Shown here: in pieces, positions 1-9,291 of the stretch
Layout: each line of letters opens with the position of its first letter
How positions within the stretch are numbered: the first letter of the stretch is position 1
NCBI GenBank assembly: GCA_048886185.1
Contig: JBHLKY010000009.1
Coordinates: 120,001-152,000, forward strand
DNA from: Candidatus Hermodarchaeota archaeon
Lineage (GTDB): Archaea; Asgardarchaeota; Heimdallarchaeia; Hodarchaeales; Hodarchaeaceae
Direction: 5' to 3'
DNA length: 32,000 nucleotides
Position numbers and translations under genes: made by a program
Notes under the pieces: model-generated
The model's database searches: none
Told to the model about the DNA's origin: nothing
What the model saw: only the letters and a program-made list of their open reading frames with translations

Positions 1-1
1 A

Positions 2-688
2 CAATTAGCTTATTTCTATGTCTATTGTACAAAAGAATTAGCTAGTGTGATAACACCTGCTGTTTCATTACCTTCTCTCCCTGACTGGCAATTACAGATC
101 CCTTCCTACTGGATTACCTTATCTCGTCAAAAAAAAGGACTAAAAATTGCCACTAAAGTCGGCCGTGTTTGTAACGTATCATCACAAGCCGCGATCGAAT
201 ACTATCTTCCTTATCTACGATTTATTTTTCAACACAATCAGGAACTTGCTGTAGAACTGGCATTAGAGTTTCAATTTTTTGAAATTGAACCTGGAAAGCG
301 TAAAACAAAGATCGTTTGGAATGGTGAAATAGATTATTTCATTAAAGATAAGGAAGCAAATCGAACTATTAAACAGAGGATCCGAGAGATTTATCCACAG
401 ATAGAGCGATTCCAAAAACAAGAAATTGATACTATAACATTACAACAGATTAAGGAACAACAGAGAATACAAAGGAAGAAGTTAGAAGCGAAGAAAGATG
501 AAGAACCTGCAACTAAAGCAAAACTTTCAAGGAAAGCTAGAAAACCTAAGGTGATAAACCAAAATATAAATGAAAATAAGCGAAACAGTAAGGAACCAGA
601 GAAAATTAAAGACATCTCTGAAAAAGATCCGCAGAAAGAAGAGAAGAAAAAACCTGCAGCTGAGAAAAAGTTGACAGATTATTTTTAA
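2..688 (+). CDS. rfcL: Replication factor C large subunit, C-terminal part (5'-truncated by window edge)
   Basis: Frame is open from position 2 (QLAYFYVYCTKELASV...), so the ORF-track start at 47 is not the real start. PSYW..LSR...IA.KVG..C.VS...A...YLPYLRFIF matches the archaeal RFC-L C-terminal domain. A Lys/Glu-rich tail ends in PIP-box-like EKKLTDYF. Confidence 0.8.
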   Translation, partial: QLAYFYVYCTKELASVITPAVSLPSLPDWQLQIPSYWITLSRQKKGLKIATKVGRVCNVSSQAAIEYYLPYLRFIFQHNQELAVELALEFQFFEIEPGKRKTKIVWNGEIDYFIKDKEANRTIKQRIREIYPQIERFQKQEIDTITLQQIKEQQRIQRKKLEAKKDEEPATKAKLSRKARKPKVINQNINENKRNSKEPEKIKDISEKDPQKEEKKKPAAEKKLTDYF

Positions 689-730
689 GAAGAAAATGCT
701 TAATAGATTATGAATTTTTTTAGAATATTT

Positions 731-2659
731 TTAAATCTCATTTAAACGATAATTTGCTTTTTGTAGGATAAACCAAATCTCAAGTTCCTCTGCTTCTTTA
801 GATATTCTTTTTAGAGCATTAATTCCTGTTGATTCATTACCAGTTATTAACCATAAATTAGCTCTAAGGAGATTAGAATCAAGTATGAAAGATTGTGATC
901 CTGACATCATTGCACTTTCTTCTACAATTCCACAATGTTTCTCTGCTATTTTTAAATTACCTTTCTCCATCTCAATATAAGCTAAATTTAAGTTTGCATC
1001 AATTATAACCTTTAGATCTGCTAAATCTGTTTTTGTAATCTCTAATGCTTTCTTATACCATATTTGAGCTTTTGAAAAGTCTTGCATTAATAGGTAAATA
1101 TATGCCATGCTAAGATAGATACGTGAGAGACAATGAATGGAATTCCATTTGAGAAAAACTTTTTCTGCGCTATTCAATAATTTCAATGCTTGAGATTCGT
1201 GAGCATGTAATGCTAGGAGTTCTGCCAACAAGACAACATTTAATGGATTCAATGAGTTTTTACTTTGGAATAATGGTTGTATAATTCTAATAGCTTGAGA
1301 AAAATCTCTAAGATTACGGTATAAAGTGGCTTCAGCTCTTAAGAATCGATTGAAAGCTGGTGAGCTGGGTATTGACAGATTTTCAAATTCTTCCTTTTTA
1401 GCAAAATAAGTCTTTGCTTCTTCAAATTTTCCACGAAAGACCGAAATATGGCCTTTCATTCGATTAATCTCCAAAATTATACGATGTCTGTGCTCATCTG
1501 AGATTTTGAGGTGGCTAATTGTCCGTTCAGCAAAATTAATGTGTTTTTCTGCTTTCAGCCAATAGTTGAGACCAATCAAAGTTTGGGCATAATTCAAGTT
1601 TGCATCAAGGAAATATAATCCTTTCATCTGATCATCTGCTGCGCGAATGGTTGAATTTAGGTGGCGGAGAGCCCATTCTTGTGATTCGTTGAAACGACTT
1701 AAATTACGGAAGAAATGACTTAATCTTTCTTCAGATATCATTACAGCGAAATTTTGCTTCGATCGTGAGAACAGATCGATTTCTAAAGCTAGATTGTCCA
1801 AGGTCTCCTTATACATTCCTTGTCTCCAATAAGCATTGGATATTTCTGTATAGCAAGCTGCGACATGAATGTTATCTCTGAGGTCTTCGTATATTGCCTT
1901 TGCTTTATTTAAAAAACGGAGTCCATCTGAGATAGTTGTACTTCTTTGTCTTAATAGTGAGCCTACAATAAATGCAAACCTTGCTCCAGCTTCCTTACCT
2001 TCAAATTCATAAATCATATCGAAAGCCATGTTGAATGAAATTATCATTTCATCATATTTTTCTTCATTAAATAAAACTATACCTCTAGAAATATGATTTG
2101 AAACTAATTCATATGCTGAATACTCAAAAGATTTACCTGGAGATATTATGCTTCGTTGGACAAGTTTTACCAAATTGTCAGACACTTTGAATTTATTCAA
2201 TAGTTCCAGATCTTTATTTGGAGTTAAAGAGGGGTCGCGATTACTCAGAAATAATTGAAATACATGTTCTAACCGTTTATTGTTGATAGAATTCCATAAA
2301 ATCTTTGCAGCTCGTTGTTCAGCTCCATATTGATTTTGACCTTCCTCCATTGCTTTATTATATAGTCTAAAAAAAACAGTCAAGAAGTCCTGTTGAAAAT
2401 AATAACTTGTCTTCAGATTATTGTCATACTGAGCCATATCTTCTGTAATAATTTGTGAGAAGAATTTACTAGCCATTAAATAATGACTATCACGATCAGA
2501 GGTTTTTCTAAGTTTTTCGATTAATCTTTCAATCGTGTTGAAGCTAGTTTGTGTTTTGAGATAATCTAAATCGCCAAAATGTCTGGATGGTTCGTTCTGA
2601 AGGTAAGTTTGTACAAGACTTGAATATTCCTCGTTAGGTTTATGTATTGACTCTTTCAT
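731..2659 (-). CDS. Large TPR-like alpha-solenoid protein
   Basis: About 642 aa from ATG 2659 (ORF track extends to TTG 2668). Repeated TPR-like helical pairs, e.g. AACYTEISNAYWRQGMYKETL, LSMAYIYLLMQDFSKAQIWYKKAL, NLNLAYIEMEKGNLKIAEKH. Confidence 0.75.
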   Translation of the reverse strand: MKESIHKPNEEYSSLVQTYLQNEPSRHFGDLDYLKTQTSFNTIERLIEKLRKTSDRDSHYLMASKFFSQIITEDMAQYDNNLKTSYYFQQDFLTVFFRLYNKAMEEGQNQYGAEQRAAKILWNSINNKRLEHVFQLFLSNRDPSLTPNKDLELLNKFKVSDNLVKLVQRSIISPGKSFEYSAYELVSNHISRGIVLFNEEKYDEMIISFNMAFDMIYEFEGKEAGARFAFIVGSLLRQRSTTISDGLRFLNKAKAIYEDLRDNIHVAACYTEISNAYWRQGMYKETLDNLALEIDLFSRSKQNFAVMISEERLSHFFRNLSRFNESQEWALRHLNSTIRAADDQMKGLYFLDANLNYAQTLIGLNYWLKAEKHINFAERTISHLKISDEHRHRIILEINRMKGHISVFRGKFEEAKTYFAKKEEFENLSIPSSPAFNRFLRAEATLYRNLRDFSQAIRIIQPLFQSKNSLNPLNVVLLAELLALHAHESQALKLLNSAEKVFLKWNSIHCLSRIYLSMAYIYLLMQDFSKAQIWYKKALEITKTDLADLKVIIDANLNLAYIEMEKGNLKIAEKHCGIVEESAMMSGSQSFILDSNLLRANLWLITGNESTGINALKRISKEAEELEIWFILQKANYRLNEI

Positions 2660-2743
2660 AAGCAACAATAATAAAAGCTAAAGAGGATTAAAAGACTGAC
2701 GAATAGTTGCATTACAATATAAATCCAGCTAGAAGGTGATTTG

Positions 2744-3841
2744 ATGTCAGAAAATGATATTTATCATAATAGATTGACAAGACTACAATCTTATATGAGA
2801 GAATCTCAAATTGAGAGCGTAATTATTTCACTTGGAATTAATTTCAGATATTTTTTTGGTTTAATGGAAGAACCAAGCGAAAGATTATTTGTAGGAATAA
2901 TTGGGGCTGAAGGATCTCCCAAAATGATTGTACCTAGTTTCGAAGTAGATCGTATAAAAAAATTGACAGGTTTAAAAGAGTGTGTTGGCTGGGAGGAGAC
3001 AGAAAATCCTTATAAATTATTTCAGGAGCTTTCATCGTTAGATCTTGGGAAATCAATAGCAATTGAACCAAAAATGTGGTACTTGGTTTTTCAACAAATT
3101 GCTAAAACTATTCCTGGAAAGAAATTTTCCTCTGCTGAAAAGCTCTTTGATCCATTACGTTCAGTTAAAGATGATCATGAACAGAAAATTCTGCTACAGG
3201 CATCACAGAGATCTGGAGATGCTATCATTGTAACCTTAAATGAACTCGAAGTAGGTATTTCTGAAACTGAAGTTCAATCAATACTTAAAGAAAAATTATT
3301 GTGGGGATCAAAAGAAAAAGCAGGTTCCTTGGTTCAATTTGGTGAAAATTCTTCATTTCCTCATTACTCTGGTGGAAACAGAAAACTGAAAACCGATGAT
3401 GTTGTCCTTATCGACGCTGGAGGAACTATTGAAAATTACTGGGGGGATATTACTGTAACGACTGTGTTTGGAAGGGCATCCAAGCGATTTAAGGAGATTT
3501 TTGATATTGTTTATACTGCAAATGAACGAGGAAAGGAAGCAGTGATCGATAATAGACTTCCTTCTGAGATTGATTTAATCACGCGAGAGTATATCATAAG
3601 TAAAGAGTATGGTGAGTTTTTTACTCATCGAACAGGTCATGGTATTGGTTTAGAAGTCCATGAGCACCCATACATCGTAGGAAACAATCATACACCGCTT
3701 ATCTCTGGCAATACGTTTACAATTGAACCTGGGATATATCTCCCAGGCGAATTCGGCGTTCGGATAGAAGATAACGTAATAAAAACCGAAACAGGAATAA
3801 AAACTAGTCAGATCCCTCGTTATGAACTTTTAGAAATATAA
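2744..3841 (+). CDS. Xaa-Pro peptidase, M24B family (prolidase/aminopeptidase P-like)
   Basis: Creatinase-like N-domain. Metal ligands in [25 protein letters not shown] and RIED. GGTGA Shine-Dalgarno at 2735-2739 before ATG 2744. Confidence 0.92.
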   Translation: MSENDIYHNRLTRLQSYMRESQIESVIISLGINFRYFFGLMEEPSERLFVGIIGAEGSPKMIVPSFEVDRIKKLTGLKECVGWEETENPYKLFQELSSLDLGKSIAIEPKMWYLVFQQIAKTIPGKKFSSAEKLFDPLRSVKDDHEQKILLQASQRSGDAIIVTLNELEVGISETEVQSILKEKLLWGSKEKAGSLVQFGENSSFPHYSGGNRKLKTDDVVLIDAGGTIENYWGDITVTTVFGRASKRFKEIFDIVYTANERGKEAVIDNRLPSEIDLITREYIISKEYGEFFTHRTGHGIGLEVHEHPYIVGNNHTPLISGNTFTIEPGIYLPGEFGVRIEDNVIKTETGIKTSQIPRYELLEI

Positions 3842-3845
3842 ATAG

Positions 3846-3869
3846 ATAAGTGAGGAATTTTTCACTTAT
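3846..3869 (+). terminator. Candidate hairpin terminator after the peptidase gene
   Basis: ATAAGTGA-N8-TCACTTAT perfect 8-bp inverted repeat starting 5 nt after the stop codon, followed by T-rich sequence. Confidence 0.4.
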
Positions 3870-4071
3870 TTATCTCTCAAGCTAATAATAAAAATATCGA
3901 GAACATGAGAAAAGGGAAATTGGAAAAAATTTGAAGTAAGAATGCTTAGAATACATGCAAAGACTTTCACTACGTATGTTAATGGCAATTAAGGAATATA
4001 TATGAATATGTAGAATGATTAATATCCTATATAGAAAAAAGCAAGATCAATTAGGAGGATTTCGAGAAAAC

Positions 4072-5064
4072 ATGGAAATTCGTAAAATCCAAGTTACTGG
4101 AGCAGGAGATACCCGTATAATCTCCCTTCCTAAAGAATGGGCTGAACGTAATCAACTTGATAAAGGAGCAAATGTCATCATCAAAGAACTTTCGACTGGA
4201 GACTTAATAATTTATCCTCAAAAATCATCCCGTGGGTCTAAAAAGCGTATAACCCGGATTGTTGAATCAGATCATGTGAACCGTGATATCCTTGCTGCTT
4301 ATTTATTAGGAAGTGATATAATAAAGGTTTTTTCAAAAGAGAAGAAAGCTCTGGTACAAAAAAGCAACATTAGGGATCTTAGTCGTCAGTTGATTGGTTT
4401 AGAGATCCTTGGGGAAACCCAAGAGGGTATTGAACTTCATTTTTTGATAGGTGAAGAAAAAGAAAATCCAAAGAAGTATGTGAAAAGATGCTTTTCGATA
4501 GCAAATCAAATGCAAAATGACGCTATCACAGCATTTCTGAAAGGTGATGGCGCGTTAGCCAGAGAAGTAATTGATCGGGATACGGAAGTTAATAGACTAT
4601 ATTTCTTAATTGTTAGAATGTTAAAGATTATGGCAGACGATAAACGAGAAGTTTCATATCTAAAAGGTCCCGCATGTTTGGATTGGCGAATGGTAGCCTC
4701 CTATAGCGAAGATTTAGGGGATGCATCTGTTGAATTTGCAAAAAACGTGAAAGAGAACCCAGATATGAACAAAATGCTCTCATCACAGACATTAAATAAA
4801 ATTGAATCACTTGGAGACACAACAACCGAGTTATTAAACCAGAGTTTAGAAAATTTCTTCAATCAAAATGTAATTGGAGCTGAAATCCTGAAAAGGAAAA
4901 TAGCTACTCAGATTCGAGATGAACACACTAGTATTCAAGATGATATTTCTAAGCTTGACAAGGAAGTAGTATGGCAACTATCTACTCTTCTGAATTTATT
5001 CAAAGAGTTACATGAAACTGCTGTTGATATTGGTGATTTAGTTATAGCAAAAGTCAGTGATTAA
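4072..5064 (+). CDS. phoU: Archaeal phosphate uptake regulator (AbrB/SpoVT N-domain plus PhoU domains)
   Basis: MEIRKIQVTG...IISLPKEWA AbrB-like start, RDILAAYLLG.D, D.EVNRLYFL PhoU motif. AGGAGG at 4053-4058 supports ATG 4072 over the ORF-track start 4015. Confidence 0.88.
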   Translation: MEIRKIQVTGAGDTRIISLPKEWAERNQLDKGANVIIKELSTGDLIIYPQKSSRGSKKRITRIVESDHVNRDILAAYLLGSDIIKVFSKEKKALVQKSNIRDLSRQLIGLEILGETQEGIELHFLIGEEKENPKKYVKRCFSIANQMQNDAITAFLKGDGALAREVIDRDTEVNRLYFLIVRMLKIMADDKREVSYLKGPACLDWRMVASYSEDLGDASVEFAKNVKENPDMNKMLSSQTLNKIESLGDTTTELLNQSLENFFNQNVIGAEILKRKIATQIRDEHTSIQDDISKLDKEVVWQLSTLLNLFKELHETAVDIGDLVIAKVSD

Positions 5065-5221
5065 AGAGAAGAACCTTTTTATAGAACAAGGAGCTGAATT
5101 TTGCGATATCTACGCTTTTGGTGGAATGTTATCGGAAAAAAGATAGAAAATCTAATAAAGACAAATTAAATTGCATAAATTAGAAATAAAACTTAAACTG
5201 TTACTTGGAGAGCATAATGTA

Positions 5222-5446
5222 ATGGCTACAAAAGAAGAAATTGTAAATTCTTTGAATGAGCTCCGTCCCTACCTTCAGAAAGACGGTGGAGATGTAGAAT
5301 TCGTCGATTATGATAATGGCATTCTCAAAGTTCGATTAACAGGGGCTTGTAGGGGCTGTCCATATTCACAAATGACACTTTCAAATGGGATTAAAAAAGC
5401 GCTACAACAAAATTATCCAGAATTACAGGAAGTTGTAAGTGTTTAG
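5222..5446 (+). CDS. NifU C-terminal/Nfu-type Fe-S cluster carrier
   Basis: LRPYLQKDGGDVE...VRLTGACRGCPYSQMTL..GI is the Nfu signature with CxxC. ATG 5222 follows GGAG; ORF-track start 5171 is probably over-extended. Confidence 0.92.
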   Translation: MATKEEIVNSLNELRPYLQKDGGDVEFVDYDNGILKVRLTGACRGCPYSQMTLSNGIKKALQQNYPELQEVVSV

Positions 5447-5515
5447 TCTCCAAAAAGTAGATAAAATGTTTTTATCTCTGATTAAGCCGCCTGAAAATTT
5501 CTTTTATGCATTAAT

Positions 5516-5541
5516 GGGAATTTTTCCCTCCTTTTTATTTT
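5516..5541 (+). terminator. Candidate terminator downstream of the Nfu gene
   Basis: GGGAA-TTT-TTCCC mini-hairpin followed by T-tracts, in the gap between convergent genes. Confidence 0.3.
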
Positions 5542-5758
5542 TAGCTTCGAAATAGAATTTCAAAACTAACATAAAGCTGTTTTTTAGAATTGTCAATATT
5601 CTAGATTGAATTGCTTAACTTTTTTTTAATTTGGATTTCATATTATACAAGAATTTTTCATGACGAAGTTCAATGAATAGCATTCACAAAAATACGCAGA
5701 CTCATCAAAATTAAATCTTTATTTAAATAATCTGGATCCTTTTGTAAAGCATTTTTCT

Positions 5759-6538
5759 TCATTTTTTTTCCAAAAATTTAGAGATTTTTTCAAATAACTC
5801 TTTTGAATCAGGTTCTACAGTAAGTATATGACCTGATTTAGGTAATCTGAGAATTTCAACTTCTGTATCAGGAGCAAATTTCTGTTCTCTTGCTTTTTCA
5901 ATTGCTGAAAAAGAAATCATATCATCAAGAACCCCATATACAATTAAAGTTGGTGTTCTTAGTGAAATCGGTTGATTATGAATATGTTTGAGTAAGAGCA
6001 TAAGCTGGATTATTGATTTAGTTGGTCTGTACATGTAGCTATAGAGGTTATGATCTTTAAAATATTGGAGAGAATCTTCTCCTTTATATAGAAATTGCTT
6101 AAAATAACTTAGAATAGGTGTTAACGCGATTAATCGAGATTTTAGAGCAAATGGTGGAGCCAATAACACTAATTTTAAAATTTTGTAGTCAGGTCGTTGA
6201 TGAACTAAATTAAGACATAAAATTGCTCCAAGGGAGACACCAATTGCTACTATGGATTCGCAGCGATCTTGGAGATAATCTATGCCGTTTTCTACAGATT
6301 GAAACCAATCCTGCCATGTATAATCAGGTAATTCATGATAATTGGTACCATGACCAGCTAAAAGTACACCATGAGTTGTATAACCCTTTTTATGAAGAAA
6401 TCTTCCTAAGGGTAGTGTTTCGGTAGTTGAAGCAGTAAATCCATGAACCAATAGTATCCCTACTTCCGAGCCTTCAAAATAAAAAGGCTTTGCTAGTTTT
6501 TTTAAATATTCAAGTTCATTAGTGGCTTTTCTAGACAT
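5759..6538 (-). CDS. Alpha/beta-hydrolase carboxylesterase/monoacylglycerol lipase (Est30-like)
   Basis: GILLVHGFT oxyanion segment, L.GHG, GVSLG nucleophile elbow, Asp in YGVLDDMI, His in SGHIL. Confidence 0.9.
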   Translation of the reverse strand: MSRKATNELEYLKKLAKPFYFEGSEVGILLVHGFTASTTETLPLGRFLHKKGYTTHGVLLAGHGTNYHELPDYTWQDWFQSVENGIDYLQDRCESIVAIGVSLGAILCLNLVHQRPDYKILKLVLLAPPFALKSRLIALTPILSYFKQFLYKGEDSLQYFKDHNLYSYMYRPTKSIIQLMLLLKHIHNQPISLRTPTLIVYGVLDDMISFSAIEKAREQKFAPDTEVEILRLPKSGHILTVEPDSKELFEKISKFLEKK

Positions 6539-6599
6539 TTCTGGTTCATCTATTTAATACTATATTTTTTATGAGACACTAATCCTAATTCTGAAAGAA

Positions 6600-8060
6600 A
6601 TGAAAAAGTTCAAGAACATTCAAGAATCGTTTAACAAATGCATTATAAATTTGTGCAAGAAATTTCAATCGAGATGTTCTAGTGTGAACTGCAAAGCACT
6701 GATTATTTCTAGGAAAAAATCGCATGTCCTTCTTCTTCTCATGCTTTGCTTAACCAACCACATTTTTCTTGAAGCCAAAGCTAATAATCAAACCAAATCT
6801 AACCAAGTTCCTCAAATTAAAATTGAACAGGGTGAGATCCCTCTTTTTGGCGGGATTCAATCAATTCGTGCAACTATTGGAGATAGCAGAATTGGAATAC
6901 TTTATGGAACAGCTAAAAATCCTAAGCCATTGTATTTATTCAGTGAATTTTCACAAAAAATCGCCACTGTTCAGATTTTCAATCGTAGAGGTACGTTAGA
7001 ACAAGAGATAGAGTTGGAAGTTCAAAATATATTTGCGTTTCGATTAGATACAATTATTGAGTTCTTGGATAGGAATAATGACGGTTTGTACAGTATCCTA
7101 CAAGATCGATTGCCTCCAAAAATGGTAAACCTATCAACAGTAACGTTCGAAGTTTCAAAAAGTAATATAACTCCGAGTGATTCTGAAGATTTCCTTAATT
7201 ATGCAGTGAACTTCACTGCTACTAATGTATCATATCAAATGATCAGTGAACCACCGAGAAATTCGATTTTAGAAAGCTTATGCTTTTCTTTTAAACTGGC
7301 GATTGAACAAGACCAGATAAATATTTCTGAAGTCCCCATTATCTCAATTTATCCAAGAGACTTAGGTTTTGAAGCCTCAATAACCAGTAAAAAAGGAAAT
7401 ATCGTTGCAGAACGCGTAAAACCTCGATTGAAGTTCTCTTGTAACATTATAGGATGGGATTATTCTTCAGCCAAATCGAAACTTCTTCTAAAGAATTCAA
7501 TGCTGACACACGAGCAGATTTTAACCCCATTGGGAAAGATTTCTGGCAGAGAACTAACTAGAGAGTCTTTAAAATCAACGGACATCTTTAGTCGACTAGC
7601 TTTCAACATTGAACAAGGTGGCCAAATAAGAAGATCCTATTTAGATCACAATGAAAATCGGACTAATGAATACTCTGCTAAGGAATTAAGAGATTTTCAA
7701 ATTTCATTGAGTAGTAAAATTCGTAATTTTCTTAATTTTACTTGGCAACCAACTCTTAATGTAGATGGAATTGCTTATCCAGTAGTTTTTCAATTAATAA
7801 CATCTGGTGAGGCTAATTTTCCAGTACATCAATCAAAATCATTAGCAAGTCTTTATTTGATTGGAGGGTTTATTTTCCCTCAAGGAGAAGAAATACAGTA
7901 TGATCCAGAAGTTCATTTTGAAGAATTAAATCCCATTCTCTCGCTATCAATTATACCAAACCGTTCAATACTAGAAGGAAACAGTCTAATAATATTGGTT
8001 TCCGGATTCTTTGTAGGAATTTTGATCTTTTACCGTCAGCTTTCCTACAGACGAAAATAA
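6600..8060 (+). CDS. Predicted single-pass surface glycoprotein (signal peptide, beta-rich ectodomain, C-terminal TM helix, basic tail)
   Basis: Hydrophobic HVLLLLMLCL signal segment (true start may be downstream of 6600). DRNNDG Dx[DN]xDG-type motif, at least 8 N-x-S/T sequons, C-terminal LIILVSGFFVGILIFY followed by RRK. Confidence 0.7.
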   Translation: MKKFKNIQESFNKCIINLCKKFQSRCSSVNCKALIISRKKSHVLLLLMLCLTNHIFLEAKANNQTKSNQVPQIKIEQGEIPLFGGIQSIRATIGDSRIGILYGTAKNPKPLYLFSEFSQKIATVQIFNRRGTLEQEIELEVQNIFAFRLDTIIEFLDRNNDGLYSILQDRLPPKMVNLSTVTFEVSKSNITPSDSEDFLNYAVNFTATNVSYQMISEPPRNSILESLCFSFKLAIEQDQINISEVPIISIYPRDLGFEASITSKKGNIVAERVKPRLKFSCNIIGWDYSSAKSKLLLKNSMLTHEQILTPLGKISGRELTRESLKSTDIFSRLAFNIEQGGQIRRSYLDHNENRTNEYSAKELRDFQISLSSKIRNFLNFTWQPTLNVDGIAYPVVFQLITSGEANFPVHQSKSLASLYLIGGFIFPQGEEIQYDPEVHFEELNPILSLSIIPNRSILEGNSLIILVSGFFVGILIFYRQLSYRRK

Positions 8061-8111
8061 CCAATCAAATTTCTTACCTAAGGTTCGTAATTCAATCGAG
8101 GATCACTCAGA

Positions 8112-8999
8112 ATGACCGAGACTGAGGAGTATTCAATAGCTCCATCTGAATCACTTCATGCTATCTATGCAGCTTTGGGTCATGCCATTCGTTATGATAT
8201 TATTAATTTCCTAGGAGCTTATCACAGGCCTGTACAGTATACAGAATTAGTAGAATGGCTACAGATAAGACCAGGTTCATTTTATTTTCATATCAAAAAG
8301 TTAAAAGGTTTAGTTGTCCAAGATTCCGAGAAACGTTTTTATTTAACAACCACGGGTCATTTAGCTCTAGAAGTAATAAGGTCAGGAGAAAATTTACGAT
8401 TAAAAACTGTGAAATTAAGCGATCAAAAGAATAATGAAGAAATAACTCCTCCAATGCGGTTTTCTATCATTTTCTTTGGGGAATTCATACGTAGATCAGC
8501 ATTCAATAATCAATTCAGACTCTTTATTTTATTAATTTTTATTATACAGATATTATTACTTGATCTTTCGAAATTGGGAACAATTCCTTTCTATCTTGAC
8601 GGAAATCTGTATTTTGGTATTTTAGGATCCACTATCGAGTTAATAATATCTTTTTTAATAGTATGGGCTCTCTTAGAATGCATTATCCGCTTTTATAGTC
8701 CAATAAAACACTTTTCAGGAGAACTATTAACTGGGATTCCACTAGCGATGATGCCACTATTTGGATATTCGTTCTTAGTAATTATTGCAAGTGAAATTCA
8801 AATTTTACAGCAGATTGTGTCACATTCAGCATTATCTATCATAATAATTTTCTTTCTACAAATAATAACAGCCATTTTCTTGATTCAATTATTGCAAGTT
8901 ATTAAATCTGTTAATTTTGAAAGAGCGTTGGTTCCTGTCTTTATCACCCTCTATTGTTTCAGTATTTTAAGCTTTATAATATCTAATCTTTCATTTTAA
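8112..8999 (+). CDS. Membrane-tethered winged-helix (ArsR-like) transcription regulator
   Basis: N-terminal ALGHAIRYDIINFL...YTELVEWLQI.PGSFYFHIKKL...FYLT..G winged-HTH pattern, followed by about 5 hydrophobic TM segments. Confidence 0.78.
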   Translation: MTETEEYSIAPSESLHAIYAALGHAIRYDIINFLGAYHRPVQYTELVEWLQIRPGSFYFHIKKLKGLVVQDSEKRFYLTTTGHLALEVIRSGENLRLKTVKLSDQKNNEEITPPMRFSIIFFGEFIRRSAFNNQFRLFILLIFIIQILLLDLSKLGTIPFYLDGNLYFGILGSTIELIISFLIVWALLECIIRFYSPIKHFSGELLTGIPLAMMPLFGYSFLVIIASEIQILQQIVSHSALSIIIIFFLQIITAIFLIQLLQVIKSVNFERALVPVFITLYCFSILSFIISNLSF

Positions 9000-9291
9000 A
9001 GTTCAACAAGTATTGAACTTAGGTAAATAGACATTTCAATGAAGATGCTGACATTAAATGACCTTATTCATGCAAATATAAACTATTAACTATTTATTTC
9101 TTTAATAATAGCATTAATAGCTATCGAGTAATGTTTAAAACTATCTAATGATGAATGGTGACCCAAAATACCGAGTTGAGGGATTTCAACATTCGTATAA
9201 CACATTATTGAAGAGAAAGAATTTTGTTAATTTAATCACAACTTAAATAGCACAAGAGGAAAAAAATAACTAAAAATGGTGAAGAACTCTG

